From: Malacoraja senta
Lineage: Eukaryota
DNA length: 64,000 bases
Direction: 5' to 3'
Assembly: GCA_038087875.1 (NCBI GenBank)
Contig: CM075988.1
Location: 24,678,001-24,742,000, forward strand
The notes beneath the pieces were generated by a model. The model was not told where the DNA came from and searched no databases. It was given only the letters and a program-made list of their open reading frames with translations. The position numbers and the translations under genes are program-made. Positions 26,120-37,538 of this stretch are shown here, piece by piece (the stretch's first letter is position 1; each line of letters starts with the position of its first letter).

Positions 26120-26755
26120 AGGATATATCCAAGGATACTGTGGGAAGTAGAAAATAAATTGCGGGAGCCCTGACTGAGATATATGAATCACCGTTAGATG
26201 GGGGTGAGGTGCCAGATGATTGGAAGGTAGCTAACATTGTGCCTCTATTTAAGAAGGAAGGAAAAGGCTGGGAAATATAGAGATCAACTTCAAGGAGAGT
26301 ATGCTGATATATATATGCATTGGGATAGACTGGGGTTGATTAGAAATAGTTTTATACAACATAGTTTCATACAAGGGAGATCATGTCTTACGAATTTGAT
26401 TGAGTTGTTTGAAGATGTTACCAAAAATGTTGGGGTAATGTTACAATCTCTTCAAAACTTACTACTCAAAAGAAGATATGTAAAATACAGGAGGGCATAG
26501 CTTTAAGGTCAGAGGGTTTTTAACAGAGCTGTTTTTTACACCAGTGTTGTACTGTATGTGCATGGGATGCACTGCAAAAGATGGTGGTGGAAGTTGACAT
26601 GCCGTTTAAGAGACAATTACCCAGGCACATGAACGTGCAGAGTAATGGAAGGATATGGATCATGTGCAGGCAGACACAGTTAGTTTAATTTGACATCATC
26701 ATTGGCACAAGCATCGTGGGCCAAAGGGCCTTTTCCTGTGCTGTGCTGTTCTTTA
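26120..26755 (+). mobile_element. Internally deleted CR1 LINE
   Basis: Peptide GRSCLTNLIELFEDVT joined to the CR1 3' region through a 44-bp local filler. Confidence 0.75.
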
Positions 26756-26984
26756 TTTTCATGTCAGGGCAGCGTGTGGCCTGGAGGCGACCTTTTCAGT
26801 GGCATTGTTCATTGGCAGTTGAATTTTTTGGAGAAGGCAATAATTGGAGGCATTTTTTACAAGCTTGGAGTGAAACTTTCTAATTGCATTTGTTTTTAAT
26901 TTTAATATTATTTTTATTTATTTTCTTTTTTATTTTAAATTTATTTTTAATAACTTTTGTTATTCGTTTAGAAATAGTTACAAA

Positions 26985-27166
26985 TTAAGACTTTGCCTTC
27001 CATCACAGTGAGGAGGTGTTGGAGACTCACTGTGATGGATGTTTATGTAAACTGTGTTTAAGTGTGGGTCTTGTTTTTTTTTTTTTTTTGTAATGTAAAA
27101 AACTGTAGTAATGAAATTTTGTTCAAGCCTTGGTTTGAATGACAATAAATAGCATTCAATTCAATC
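26985..27166 (+). mobile_element. Rex-like LINE 3' UTR fragment
   Basis: Related to 12978-13181. ccatcacagtga...tcactgtgatgg hairpin, tgacaataaa and (ttcaa)n tail. Confidence 0.6.
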
Positions 27167-28137
27167 ATCAACAAGTGGTGCAGTAATGTTGCAATCTCTT
27201 CAAAACTTACTACTCAAAAAAAGACATTTAAATGGACAGATTTTCTACCCTGTTAATGCCAGCACGATCATTTAAGGCCAATCTTGATTGCTAACATGGA
27301 TGATGACAGTATAACTTTGCAATGTACACTACCCAAGCCAATGCCATTTAAACTTCAAATCAACTTCATAGCCAAATTGTAAAAACATAATAAGCAATAC
27401 AAAATTTGGACCACTCCTGTGTTTTTCCAATACTCTTGTATGGTCTCTTGAGACATTGAATGAGGCCTTGGTTTAAGACTGACTGATCTCCAAACGTATC
27501 ATTTGCACATTACTGCAATAGGAATGCCAACATTAAATTTGGGCTCAAGCTTCTGAGAACCACTGATTTGGAACAATTCTCTATTTTCTCTGGCTTGTTT
27601 ATTTGTGCACATTGATGTCCTGGGGTCTTTCGTGCGATTATATTGAATGCCCAATGCCTCATCAAGTTTAGAATTGTTTGAATGTATATCTTTCCCCTCA
27701 GTACGCAGGACAATGATGCAAACCTTTTAGCTTCTTTGACTGAATTGCATAGTTTGGAGGCTAACTTTTAACGTCACTCAGGTGTTCGTTTTGAGAGATT
27801 CACAGCAAATAGTTAAGAAATGGTGAGTGGAAGCTCAGATTTAGGATACTCCAGCATTTTGTGTCTATCTTCGGTGTAAACCAGCATCTGCAGTTCCTTC
27901 CTGCACATTCGGATTAAAGATAATCTAACTGCAGTCCCTTCAATGGTCACTTGAGGGCACTGATGAGTTGTAAATGCAGATCACCGTCAGAACTGGTAGC
28001 AAAGGGCAATATGGATAAAGCAGACCTGCTGGCTCAATGCAAATCAGTGCTGATCAGTTAGATCAAAAACATCATTGCATTGAAGTTGGGAGAAACACAA
28101 ATATTAGGCAAAGCTAATTAAACCTGGTAGAAATAAA

Positions 28138-28420
28138 TATGTAGGAATGAACTGCAGATGCTGGTTTAAACAGAAGATAGACACAAAAAGCTGGAGTAAC
28201 TCAGGCAGGCAGCATCTCTGGAGAGAAGCAATAGGTGACATTTCGGGTTGAGACCCTTATTCAGACGAGTCAGGGGAAAGGGAAACGAGAGATATAGACG
28301 ATAGAGAGATAAAGAACAATGAATGAAAGATATGCAAAAAAAGTAATGGATGATAAAGGAAACAGGCCACTGTTAGCTGTTTTATTGGATGAAAACGAGA
28401 AGCTGGTGCGACTGGGTGAG
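28138..28420 (-). mobile_element. Penelope-like 3' fragment
   Basis: Antisense copy of the shared aggaa..gcagatgctgg...gaccctt(a)ttcagac unit plus UTR. Confidence 0.7.
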
Positions 28421-29224
28421 ATTGGTGTAGGACCCATTCATGCTTAAGTTAGTTACTGTTAGTATATTATAGCCATGTCTCGATATTTCTAGCTGTATCA
28501 TTCTGAACGCTTATGGGTGGGATTATATACATAGATGGGTGTGTCTGCATCTGAGGAGGGTAGCGTAGCCACAGAGAGTGGACTGGTCAGTTTAGCCTCG
28601 GGGGATGGAAGAGACAACAGTTTTTAACCACACGACACGACACGGATGGAACAGTTAGTAAGAACAAAAAGTTACAATTTGCATCGGAATAAGAAATACT
28701 TGAAATGAATCATTTCTTGGTACTACTTCAATGAAGGACCAATTAATCAAGAATAGCGACTGGAAGATTTGTTTTTACTATAAGCGAGTGCGTTAGCTAT
28801 ATCACTTTTACATCTCCGAGTCATAATGGCAATTAAAAGTTGGACATTGGAAAGTTAAGAAATTGGTAAAGGGAGGGAATGAGAGCTATTGAATAGTGGA
28901 AGAGGAGGTTGAGGTGGGACGGTGTGGATAGGCACAGTAGTCTAGAGGGGATGGAGTGTTCAGAGGGAAAAGGGAACAGTTAAGAGCACTATCGACTATG
29001 GTGGTGGGAAATATTTGGTTAAAGGAAAATAAAGACATGTAAGAAGGAATGATTTTGTATGTGGTGACAGAGGGCCAGAAGCAATTGAATTGCCCTTTGA
29101 AGTTTGTAGATTTTTTGTGGATTTAATTAACAACTATCCCAAGAAATGGAGATAAAGAAAAGGAAGGGAAGAGCCAGAGATGGATCTGTGAGATGGAAAT
29201 TGAAGTTTCAACAGTGAAGTCTTC

Positions 29225-32200
29225 CAGGCAGCTGTTTGTGACACTAGGATGTCTAAACCAGCAGATGGGAGGCAGGAGACCATCATAACCGTGTACCCCT
29301 CATGCTCATCATCAGACAGGTGTTTTTCACAGGTTGGGCGAGGTGCCCGTGAGAAGGTCAGCTAAGTGCATGTCCTTACCATGTTTGTAGGTTAGTCTGA
29401 TGTCATATCTCTGTAGTTCCATCATCATGCGTTGTAAGCGCGCTGGTGCCGTGTGGATCGGCTTACTGAGGATACTGACCAGGGGCTGGTGATCGGTTTC
29501 GACCGTGATCAGGTTGCCAAAGATAAAATCCTTGAATTTCTTCCAGGCAAAGGTTACTGCGAGTAGCTCCTTTTCGATTTGAGCATAACGCTGTTCAGTG
29601 TCGGTCATTGTACGGAAGGCATAGGCAACATGGTATGGAAGGCATAGGCAACTGGTCTGGAGCCCTTTCCGTCGTCTTGTAGGCAAGCAGCGCCCAGTCC
29701 ATACTGGGAGGCATCACAGGTAAGGGTGACGGGTAATTTGGCATCAAAGTATTCGAGGGTTGGAGCGTAAGACATTAGTTGTTTGAGGGTTTCAAATGCC
29801 CTCTGCTGGTGCTGGTGCCGGGACCGGTGCGTATCCTTGTGGGTCAGCTGTCGCAGCGGGGCTGATAGCTCGCTGAAGTTTGGGATGAATTTTCCCAAGT
29901 AGTTTACCATGCCTAAGAATCATTGTGGAGCAGTCACGTCCGTAGGTGCTGGCATTTCGTTGATGGCAATGGTTTTAGACGGGTCTGGCTATAGTCCGTT
30001 GTTGGTGAACACGTGATCCACATAAGTCACTTTGTCGACCCGAAACCTGCACTTGAGAGGGTTGAGTTTGAGATTTACTTCCCTGGCACGATCTAGGACC
30101 TGTTTCAGGTTTGAGTCATGTTCTTGTGCACTGCACCCAGTGACCAGGATGTCGTCCACAATTATGTAACATGGGTAGCTGGCAAAGAGTTGTTCCATAG
30201 TACGCTGGAAAACCTCACTGGCTGAATTGAGGCCAAATGGCATTCATGAAAATCGGTAGCGTCCGAATGGCGTCCCGAATGTGGTTAACATGGAGGATGC
30301 ATGGTCTAGTGGCATTTGCCAAAATGAGTTCTTTACATCTAGGACAGAAAAAACTGTGGCAGCGACTTCTTCCCCCGTCTGCATTGGGTGGTATGGCCAT
30401 TTGATGGCAGTATTTACTGTAAATCCTTAGGGTTGATGCAGATCCTTATTTCGTCTTTGTTCTTTTTGACTGCTGCAACCATGGTGGAGACCCAGGAGGA
30501 GGGGTCGTTGACAGGGGCTATTACACCCAGTGATTCCATTCTGTCTAGTTCAGCTTTGACGCGGTCCTTCATTGCGTGCGGGATTTTGTGAGGAGAACGA
30601 ATGACAGGTATAACTTCCTTGTCGGTTACAATGCTGTATTCTGTGGGAAGCTTGCCCAGCTGATTGTCAAAAAGGTCTTTGTATTGTTCGAGTAGTTGTT
30701 GGGTAGGACTTTGAGAGGTCGACAGCTGATACACAGTTTTGCCGAAGAAAACTAGGTTCATATTACGGCATGCATCATTGCCCAGAAGGAGGGGCACTTC
30801 CCCTTTTACGATGAAAAAATCCAAGTTGTAAACTTGAGACGCTAGATGGCATTGTAATGTAACCGTACCAACTAGTTGCAATTCCGCCCCACCAAATGGA
30901 TGTAACTTAGAGTTTGTTTTCAGAACTGTTTCGTTGTTGTGAATTGTTTGGAAGTCTGCCAGAGAGATCACGTTGCATCTCGCCCCCGTATCTATCTTAG
31001 CAGCAACTTTGGTGTTGTTGATACTGAGCGTTGTCATGGGATCACTGTCTGTAGCCACAGAATCGGGAATACAAGAATGTATGTTTTGGCTGACTTCTTG
31101 CAGGTGCTGCGGTTGTGGTTCTGCTGTTTCAGTTAGTGCCTCATGGGAGAGTGTGGGTTCAAGTGCATAGAGAGATTGTTGTGACTGGGCCCTGTTGGCA
31201 CGGGAGCAGCAGCACCGGATAAAGTGGCCTTTCTTTTTACAATATTGACAAGATTTGCCATAAGCGAGGCATTGCTCACAAAATTTCGGCTGTGAGCCAC
31301 CGCAATTACCACAGTTATTGACTAGATGATCAGTCACCCTCCCTGGGGGTTTAGGCGATTGTTGAGGGGTTAATGCTTGTTGTGGGGACCTATAGAAGGC
31401 ATGGAAGTCATAGGCAGAGTGTGGCCCCGGTCCCAAGGCTTTGGTATGGGTATCAGTGTATTCTGCAATCCGGCAAGCACGTTCAAACTTATCAAGTGTA
31501 AGCTCCTCATCCCGGAGTAATTGATTTCTCACCATATCATTCAGGATGCCATATACGAGTCTGCCGCGGATGAACACATCGCGGTCTTGAAAGTGGCATC
31601 TGGATGCAATGCTCTTGAGGGCACCAATGTAGGATTCAACCGTTTCGCCCTCTTGTTGGCTGCAGGAAAAAAACTTGTGGTGTTCCATGATAACGTTGGT
31701 GCGAAGTTGGCACAGGTCTCTGAACTTTCGGAGGAGGCAGACCGGGTCTCTGATGGATTCTGCTGGGGTCACAAGATGTGTTACCGGATCGGTATGTTCT
31801 GGGGCGTAGTGGAAGTCCTGTGCCCGCAGGGCAGCCTCTGTGCCCGCCACATTGAGGAGAATCACCGCAATGGTGTGTGATGCAGCTGCAGGGTGGGCAG
31901 CATCAATGAAAATCCCGAATTCCACCTCGTAGATGCGCCACTGTTCAGCAAGCTCACTGTTGAACACCAAAGGATCTGGTCTGCGTAAGGAACTATGTAA
32001 AAAAATAAACTAAAATAAATTCAGGCAAAATAGTTGGAGACGTGATTCAAGACTCTGACACCATGTTTATCGGCGACCCATATGAAAAACACACGCATGG
32101 TGAAATCCAACTTTATTCCATTAAATACACAGGAACATTCAAACAGACAGCTGCTTGCATCTGGCTTTACTAATTAGAGTGTCCGAGAGACAGAGAGAGA

Positions 32201-32240
32201 GAGAGAGAGAGTCTTTGTGTAGTACTGTAATACCATGCAA
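29225..32240 (-). mobile_element. 3'-truncated Ty3/Gypsy LTR retrotransposon (Mag-like): LTR, PBS, gag-protease, decayed RT and RNase H
   Basis: 518-aa ORF 30414-31970 with CxxC..GH..C knuckle and protease DTGA. RT motifs MPFGLNSA and IVDDIL; RNase H motifs CDAS, YAQIEKELLA, TDHQPL. Primer-binding site TGGTGTCAGA after an LTR ending in CA at ~32063. No integrase or 3' LTR seen; LTR outer limit uncertain. Confidence 0.9.
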
Positions 32241-32646
32241 AGGGTGGCATACACATATGTGTGGTGAAGGTTATAAATGGCATGAATTAATCTACAGGCC
32301 AGGAGCAAGCAAGGCACCGGCCGGCACACCCATTTATGGTTCAGAACAAAAGGTGACAAAGGGGACCAGAGCAGGAAAGAAACCAAGAATGCTCCACATA
32401 TCCCACACATCTATTGGTGGACCCAGGCCTCCTCCAACTTCTCATAGCAACAGCTTTTATTTGGAGGGGGTGAAAGGAGTCAAAGGCTAACTTGTTCAAT
32501 GTGAGAATAGCAGTGAAGTACAAGGCTGGATGCATGGGGGTCGAATGGGATCTCAGTTTAAGGAAGAAGCAGAAGATCTTGGGTTGTGTCCATCAATTTG
32601 GACAAATCAATGTGTTCCATGATGGTCCCAGTGGGATGATTTATAG

Positions 32647-32950
32647 GTACACAAAAATGCTGGAGAAACTCAGCGGGTGCAGCAGCATCTATGGAGCGAA
32701 GGAAATAGGCAACGTTTCGGGCCGAAACCCTTCTTCAGACGACGAATCAGGGCAAACTCGGGAGAACTCTTTGAATGAACTCGTACCGTGGGACAGAGCT
32801 TTAATTCTAACTGTGAAGAGTACATAATTTTGGATTCGGCCCGAAACGTTGCCTATTTCCTTCGCTCCATAGATGCTGCTGCACCCGCTGAGTTTCTCCA
32901 GCATTTTTGAGTACCTTCGATTTTCCAGCATCTGCAGTTCCTTCTTTAAC
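32647..32950. mobile_element. Inverted Penelope-like insert carrying captured local DNA
   Basis: 14-bp TSD gggatgatttatag at 32633-32646 and 32951-32964. Loop 32743-32832 copies 33824-33913. Confidence 0.85.
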
Positions 32951-33129
32951 GGGATGATTTATAGTTCTGTAACTCATATGGACCAGCACAAATCAGTTAA
33001 GCAGATACTGCAGCAGTTTTAATAGGAAGGTCACATTTCATTTTGGTGGGTAGCTGCCCTCAAGTGGGTGATAATGGTAGAGCAGTTTGATTCACTTATA
33101 TTTTCAGTTCTACTCAATCACTTTAAGAT

Positions 33130-33560
33130 CATTACAGTTCTGGTTGCCATATAATAGGAAGGATGTCATTAGGCTAGAGGGGGTGCAGAAAAGATTAACA
33201 GGGATGTTGCCAGGACTGGAGGGCTTGAGTTGTAAGGAGAGACTGCATAGGCTGGGATTGTTTTCCCTGGAGTTGAGGAGGCTGAGGACCTTATGGATGT
33301 TTATAAAATTATATAAATATTATAGGTTTAAGGTGAGTAGGGAAAGATGAAAGGAGACCTGATGGGTAGGATTTTCCACACAAAGGATGGTGGGTATATG
33401 GAAGAAGCTACCAGAGGAGGTAGAATAGGTCCATGGATAGGAAATGTTTAGAGGGAGACAGACCAAATGCAGACAAACAGGACTGGCTGAGGAAGGCATA
33501 TTGGTCAGCATGGATGAGTTTTACTTAAGGGCCTGTTTCCATGATTTATAATTCTGTGAC
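33130..33560 (+). mobile_element. CR1 LINE 3' fragment
   Basis: Peptide QFWLPYNRKDVIRLEGVQKRLTGMLPGL...LGLFSLE. Confidence 0.8.
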
Positions 33561-33562
33561 TA

Positions 33563-33882
33563 TGGCCCTGTCCCACTGTACGAGTTCATTCAAGTGCTCT
33601 CCCGAGTTTAAAAAAAAAATCTAACTCATGGTAAGCACGGAGAATGAACGTAGCGGGAACGTCTGAGCTCGGGGACGTCTCTTAGCGGCTCGTAACGCTA
33701 ACGGCAGGTACTCGGGAAACGCGGTAAGCTCGGGAAGACTCGTGAAGATTTTTCAACATGTTGAAAAATGTCCACGAGAGCCCTGAGTACCGACGAGCGG
33801 CCATTACCCTAAATCTCCGAGTTCGAATTAGGGCAAACTCGGGAGAACTCTTTGAATGAACTCGTACCGTGGGACAGAGCTT
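33563..33882. mobile_element. PIF/Harbinger-type MITE
   Basis: TIRs TGGCCCTGTCCCAC / GTGGGACAGAGCTT, ~45-bp inverted ends and an internal TTTTCAACATGTTGAAAA palindrome. Confidence 0.75.
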
Positions 33883-34788
33883 TAACTCTAACTGTGAAGA
33901 GTACATAATTTTGAATGCTGGGAGCCTGCAAAAGGAGCTGAAGCTATCAGAAGCAAGCTGAAACAAAAAAAGATCTTTGGATTACAGACCTATCAAAACC
34001 TAATACATAAGAATAAGGACAGTGTACCAACCTATATAGAACTAAAACTAAACCAGAAAAAAAGTATAGAATATGTTAAAGTAATCTGCTTGTTGGAATT
34101 CTCATAGCAGAAACTTGAAAAAAACACATCTAGGGTGAACCTTTCGGTGCAATACTGAGGCATGGAGACATCTTTTTCCTGATGTTACTGTCTATTTCGA
34201 AAGAGGATAGTTGATTTTGTCTCAAAGATATATTGTAACTTAATAAATGCACCATTAATGTTCTCCAATAAATTATGATGTCCATTGCTATTGGTGGTGA
34301 TCCCTTAAAATGTTGGAATTGTTTTCCATTCACGTTGGAACATATGGCAGCTTGGCTTATTTCAGGAGCACACTTGTCTCCAAATGATTTACGCTGGTGT
34401 TTGTATAGTCAACCTGTGAAATGCCTTAGCTCCGGAAACTATGAATAAACCTATCCTCTGAGGCATTCCTTTAAATCTGCCACTTTGACCAAACTTATAG
34501 TCACCCACCCTAATATTTTCATATGCAGCTGAATATCCTATTTTATTAGATAACCTTCCTGTGAAGTGCTGTGGGATGATTTTACCATGATAAATACATG
34601 ATATAAATGTGTCAAAAAGGCTGCATGGGGAATGATTTCCACACCAAAACAGTAATTGAAGAAGACCGGGACTCAGTTATGCTGAACCCTTATTTCTCCG
34701 AACTTCTCTTGACATTGTATTGCGGGGGAAAAAGAAAATTCTTCCATATCTCTCAATCAGAACCCTCTTTCAGTCAGCACAATTGAAA

Positions 34789-34885
34789 GTCTGAAGAAGG
34801 GTCTCGACCCAAAATGTCACTTATTCCTTTTCTCCAGAGTTGCTGTCTGACCCAATGAGTTACTCCAGCTTTTTGTGTCAATCTA
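34789..34885 (+). mobile_element. Penelope-like mini-insert
   Basis: Starts at tctgaagaagggtctcgaccc; flanks cacaattgaaag and cacagttgaaag. Confidence 0.75.
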
Positions 34886-36389
34886 ACACAGTTGAAAGGG
34901 CAGGTTAATGTGCAGGTGTATGACAGGATAAGGAAGAAACATAAAGAACTGCAGATGCTGGAATCTTATGCAGATCAGTGCTAGAGTAACTCAGCAGGTC
35001 GGGCAGCATCACTGGAGGACATGGATAGATGACATTTTGGGTGGGGATCCTACTTCAGACTGCTGCTTAACATGCTGCTAGCCTTATGCTTGTTTATATG
35101 AGAGCTGCAGAAGCACATCTGCAGGCTCCTGTATTTACAAAAGATAAAACTTGCATTTACAAAGTACCTTTCATAACCTCAGGACATTCATAGAACTCTT
35201 TACAACTAATAAAGAGTGCATGGAGCCAGGGGTGCTCCAGATATAAGCTAAGCTCCCACATGTTCCACGAGGAATAGAAATGTATCAAACCAGCAGATCT
35301 AAGGGACCACTGCCACTGTTAGTGAACATCTTATTTATTGGAGAATATTAGTGACACATTCACATGCTTACATATGCCGCATTTGCATGGTCATCACCAA
35401 CATAAAAAGACACCTCAATTTCCACGTAAAAAAACTCTCACAAGAGCTTTGTATCAACATTCAGGTCATATTATCAGTGATTTTGATTGTGAAGTAAATA
35501 TTGGCCTGCCCACCTTGCTCTTCAAAAAGTGCCAAAAGACCTTCCACATTCATCCAAAAGTGTTTGATGTCTCTGAAAGCTGGAAAGGCTCCTAATCATA
35601 TAAATCTGAGCTTGTGATTCGGTTTGATATGAGCAAAGAACTCTGTTGATTCCAAGGTGTAGTCATGCAAGAAATTGCTTTTTTTTAGGATGCCTAACAA
35701 GAAGCAGGGTATTTCTTTATAAAAATGCAATAATTCAGCCCTGCTTCAAGGGCTAATTACCGTGAAAGTAAAGTACAGATTACACTTTAAATAATATTTT
35801 AATACTGAATAAATGCAGAGATAATGGGTACATTTTGACTCTGAATGTGAGTTAAACATAGGGACTGGTACTGGCAGCTGGCTTTATATATCCTGTGAAT
35901 TCTACTGCCATTGCCTAGAATGGAAATAAGACTGGGAGAGGTGCAAAATGATCTGCCAATTCACTGCCACCCATTTTACAGAAATACACCACGTTATAAT
36001 CTACCCCAATGGCGTGCAAGTGTAAAAACAGAGGTATGGTGTAGACTGCAGCCCAATGTCTTTAACTGCTGCCCAGGACAAAGATCAGACACCATTAGAT
36101 GCACAATAGCTAATGTTTGTGTCTAAAGAAATATCATCAGAAGCAGAAGAACAAGGTTTTCAACTCATTACTGTTATGTGTTACTATTTCCGATTGATAG
36201 CCACACGCAGCAGAGAACCTGGCTGCTGAACTGAACTGACGCAGTCCTCTTTCTGTCCATCTTTGTCTCTCTGTATCAGCATATCTTATGTATTGTGATT
36301 AAAGTGAAATTGGCTGTCAAATTCAGAGGATTATGTGGCGCACCATGAGTTAGATGTCCTGGACATAATGTTCTCGACTCAGTGCTCGT

Positions 36390-36646
36390 TTTTCAGCTAA
36401 CAATGGCCTGCTTCCTTTATCATCGTTACTTTTTTGCATATCATGCATTCATTTGTTCTATACCTCTCCACATCACCGTCTATACTTCTCGTTTCCTTTT
36501 CCCCCGACTCTCAGTCTGAAGAAGGGTCCCGACCAGAAACATCACCATTTCCTTCTCTCCAGAGATGCTGCCTGTCCCACAGAATTACTCCAGCATTTTG
36601 TGTCTATCTTCAGTTTAAACCAGCACCTGCAGTTCCTTCCTACACA
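36390..36646 (+). mobile_element. Penelope-like 3' fragment with hammerhead motif
   Basis: Same UTR and ctgaagaagggtcccgaccagaaac unit as the other copies. Confidence 0.75.
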
Positions 36647-36939
36647 TATTCACAAGGTTGGGTTGCAGATCCTATGTTGCATTTATTTCCGTGGCTTTGA
36701 GCCGAACCAAAAAGGTTTAAAATGTCTCCAAAAGAACATGAATATGCACAAATATATTCCTATGTGCGCATCTCCCATCCAGTCTAGGTATGAGCATTTG
36801 TGTCCCGACAAGTCTGCCCTGTCACACAATCTTTCACTATCCAAGTTTTAAAATATTTTTAAGAAGCATTTTAAAATATTAATTCAACATAAATCAACAA
36901 GCATCCTTTTGTCCTTTTCGTATTTTAATGTTTTTTTTA

Positions 36940-37538
36940 GTCTCCCCACTACACACCTACGAACTTTTTATAGGGGGACAATCGAGAGCACATTAACCTA
37001 CGGCATCACTTCCTGGTTCGGGAGCTGCAAGGCGTACGAACGGCACCAACTAGACAGGATTGTGAAGACCGCCAGCAGGATTATTGGTGCTCCACTCCCT
37101 TTCCTGCTGGACATATACAGGAAGAGATGTATCAGCAGAGCCATCTCCATCATCAAAGACCCCTACCACCCATCGCATCACATATTCTCCATCCTGCCAT
37201 CTGGGAAGAGGTACCGGAGCATTAGGTGCAAAACCAGCAGGATGCTCCTCAGCTTCTTCCCGCAGGTTATAAGACTGATAAACGGACTTTGTCCCCTGCC
37301 AAAGTATCGTGCACCAACCACCAACCTGGACACACTGCAGCAGAGCCACTGTCGTGCCGCTGCCGATCGGAACGCCTGTTGATGTTTAGTAGAGTAGAGT
37401 GTTAATTTGTTCATGATATATGTATTTTTACTTCTATTTATTTTTTACTGCACACTGAAATGGACACTGGTTGAGGAACGTTTTTTTGTTTCCTCTGGGT
37501 ATGCGAATACTCAGGAAATGACAATAAAGATATACAAC
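36940..37538 (+). mobile_element. Rex1/Babar LINE 3' fragment
   Basis: Peptide TFYRGTIESTLTYGITSWFG...KDPYHPSH..LPSGKRYRS..SFFPQVIRLIN, then tgacaataaa. Confidence 0.85.

Noticed and set aside
31521..31880. 119-aa plus-strand ORF
   Set aside because: Antisense shadow of the Gypsy gag frame.
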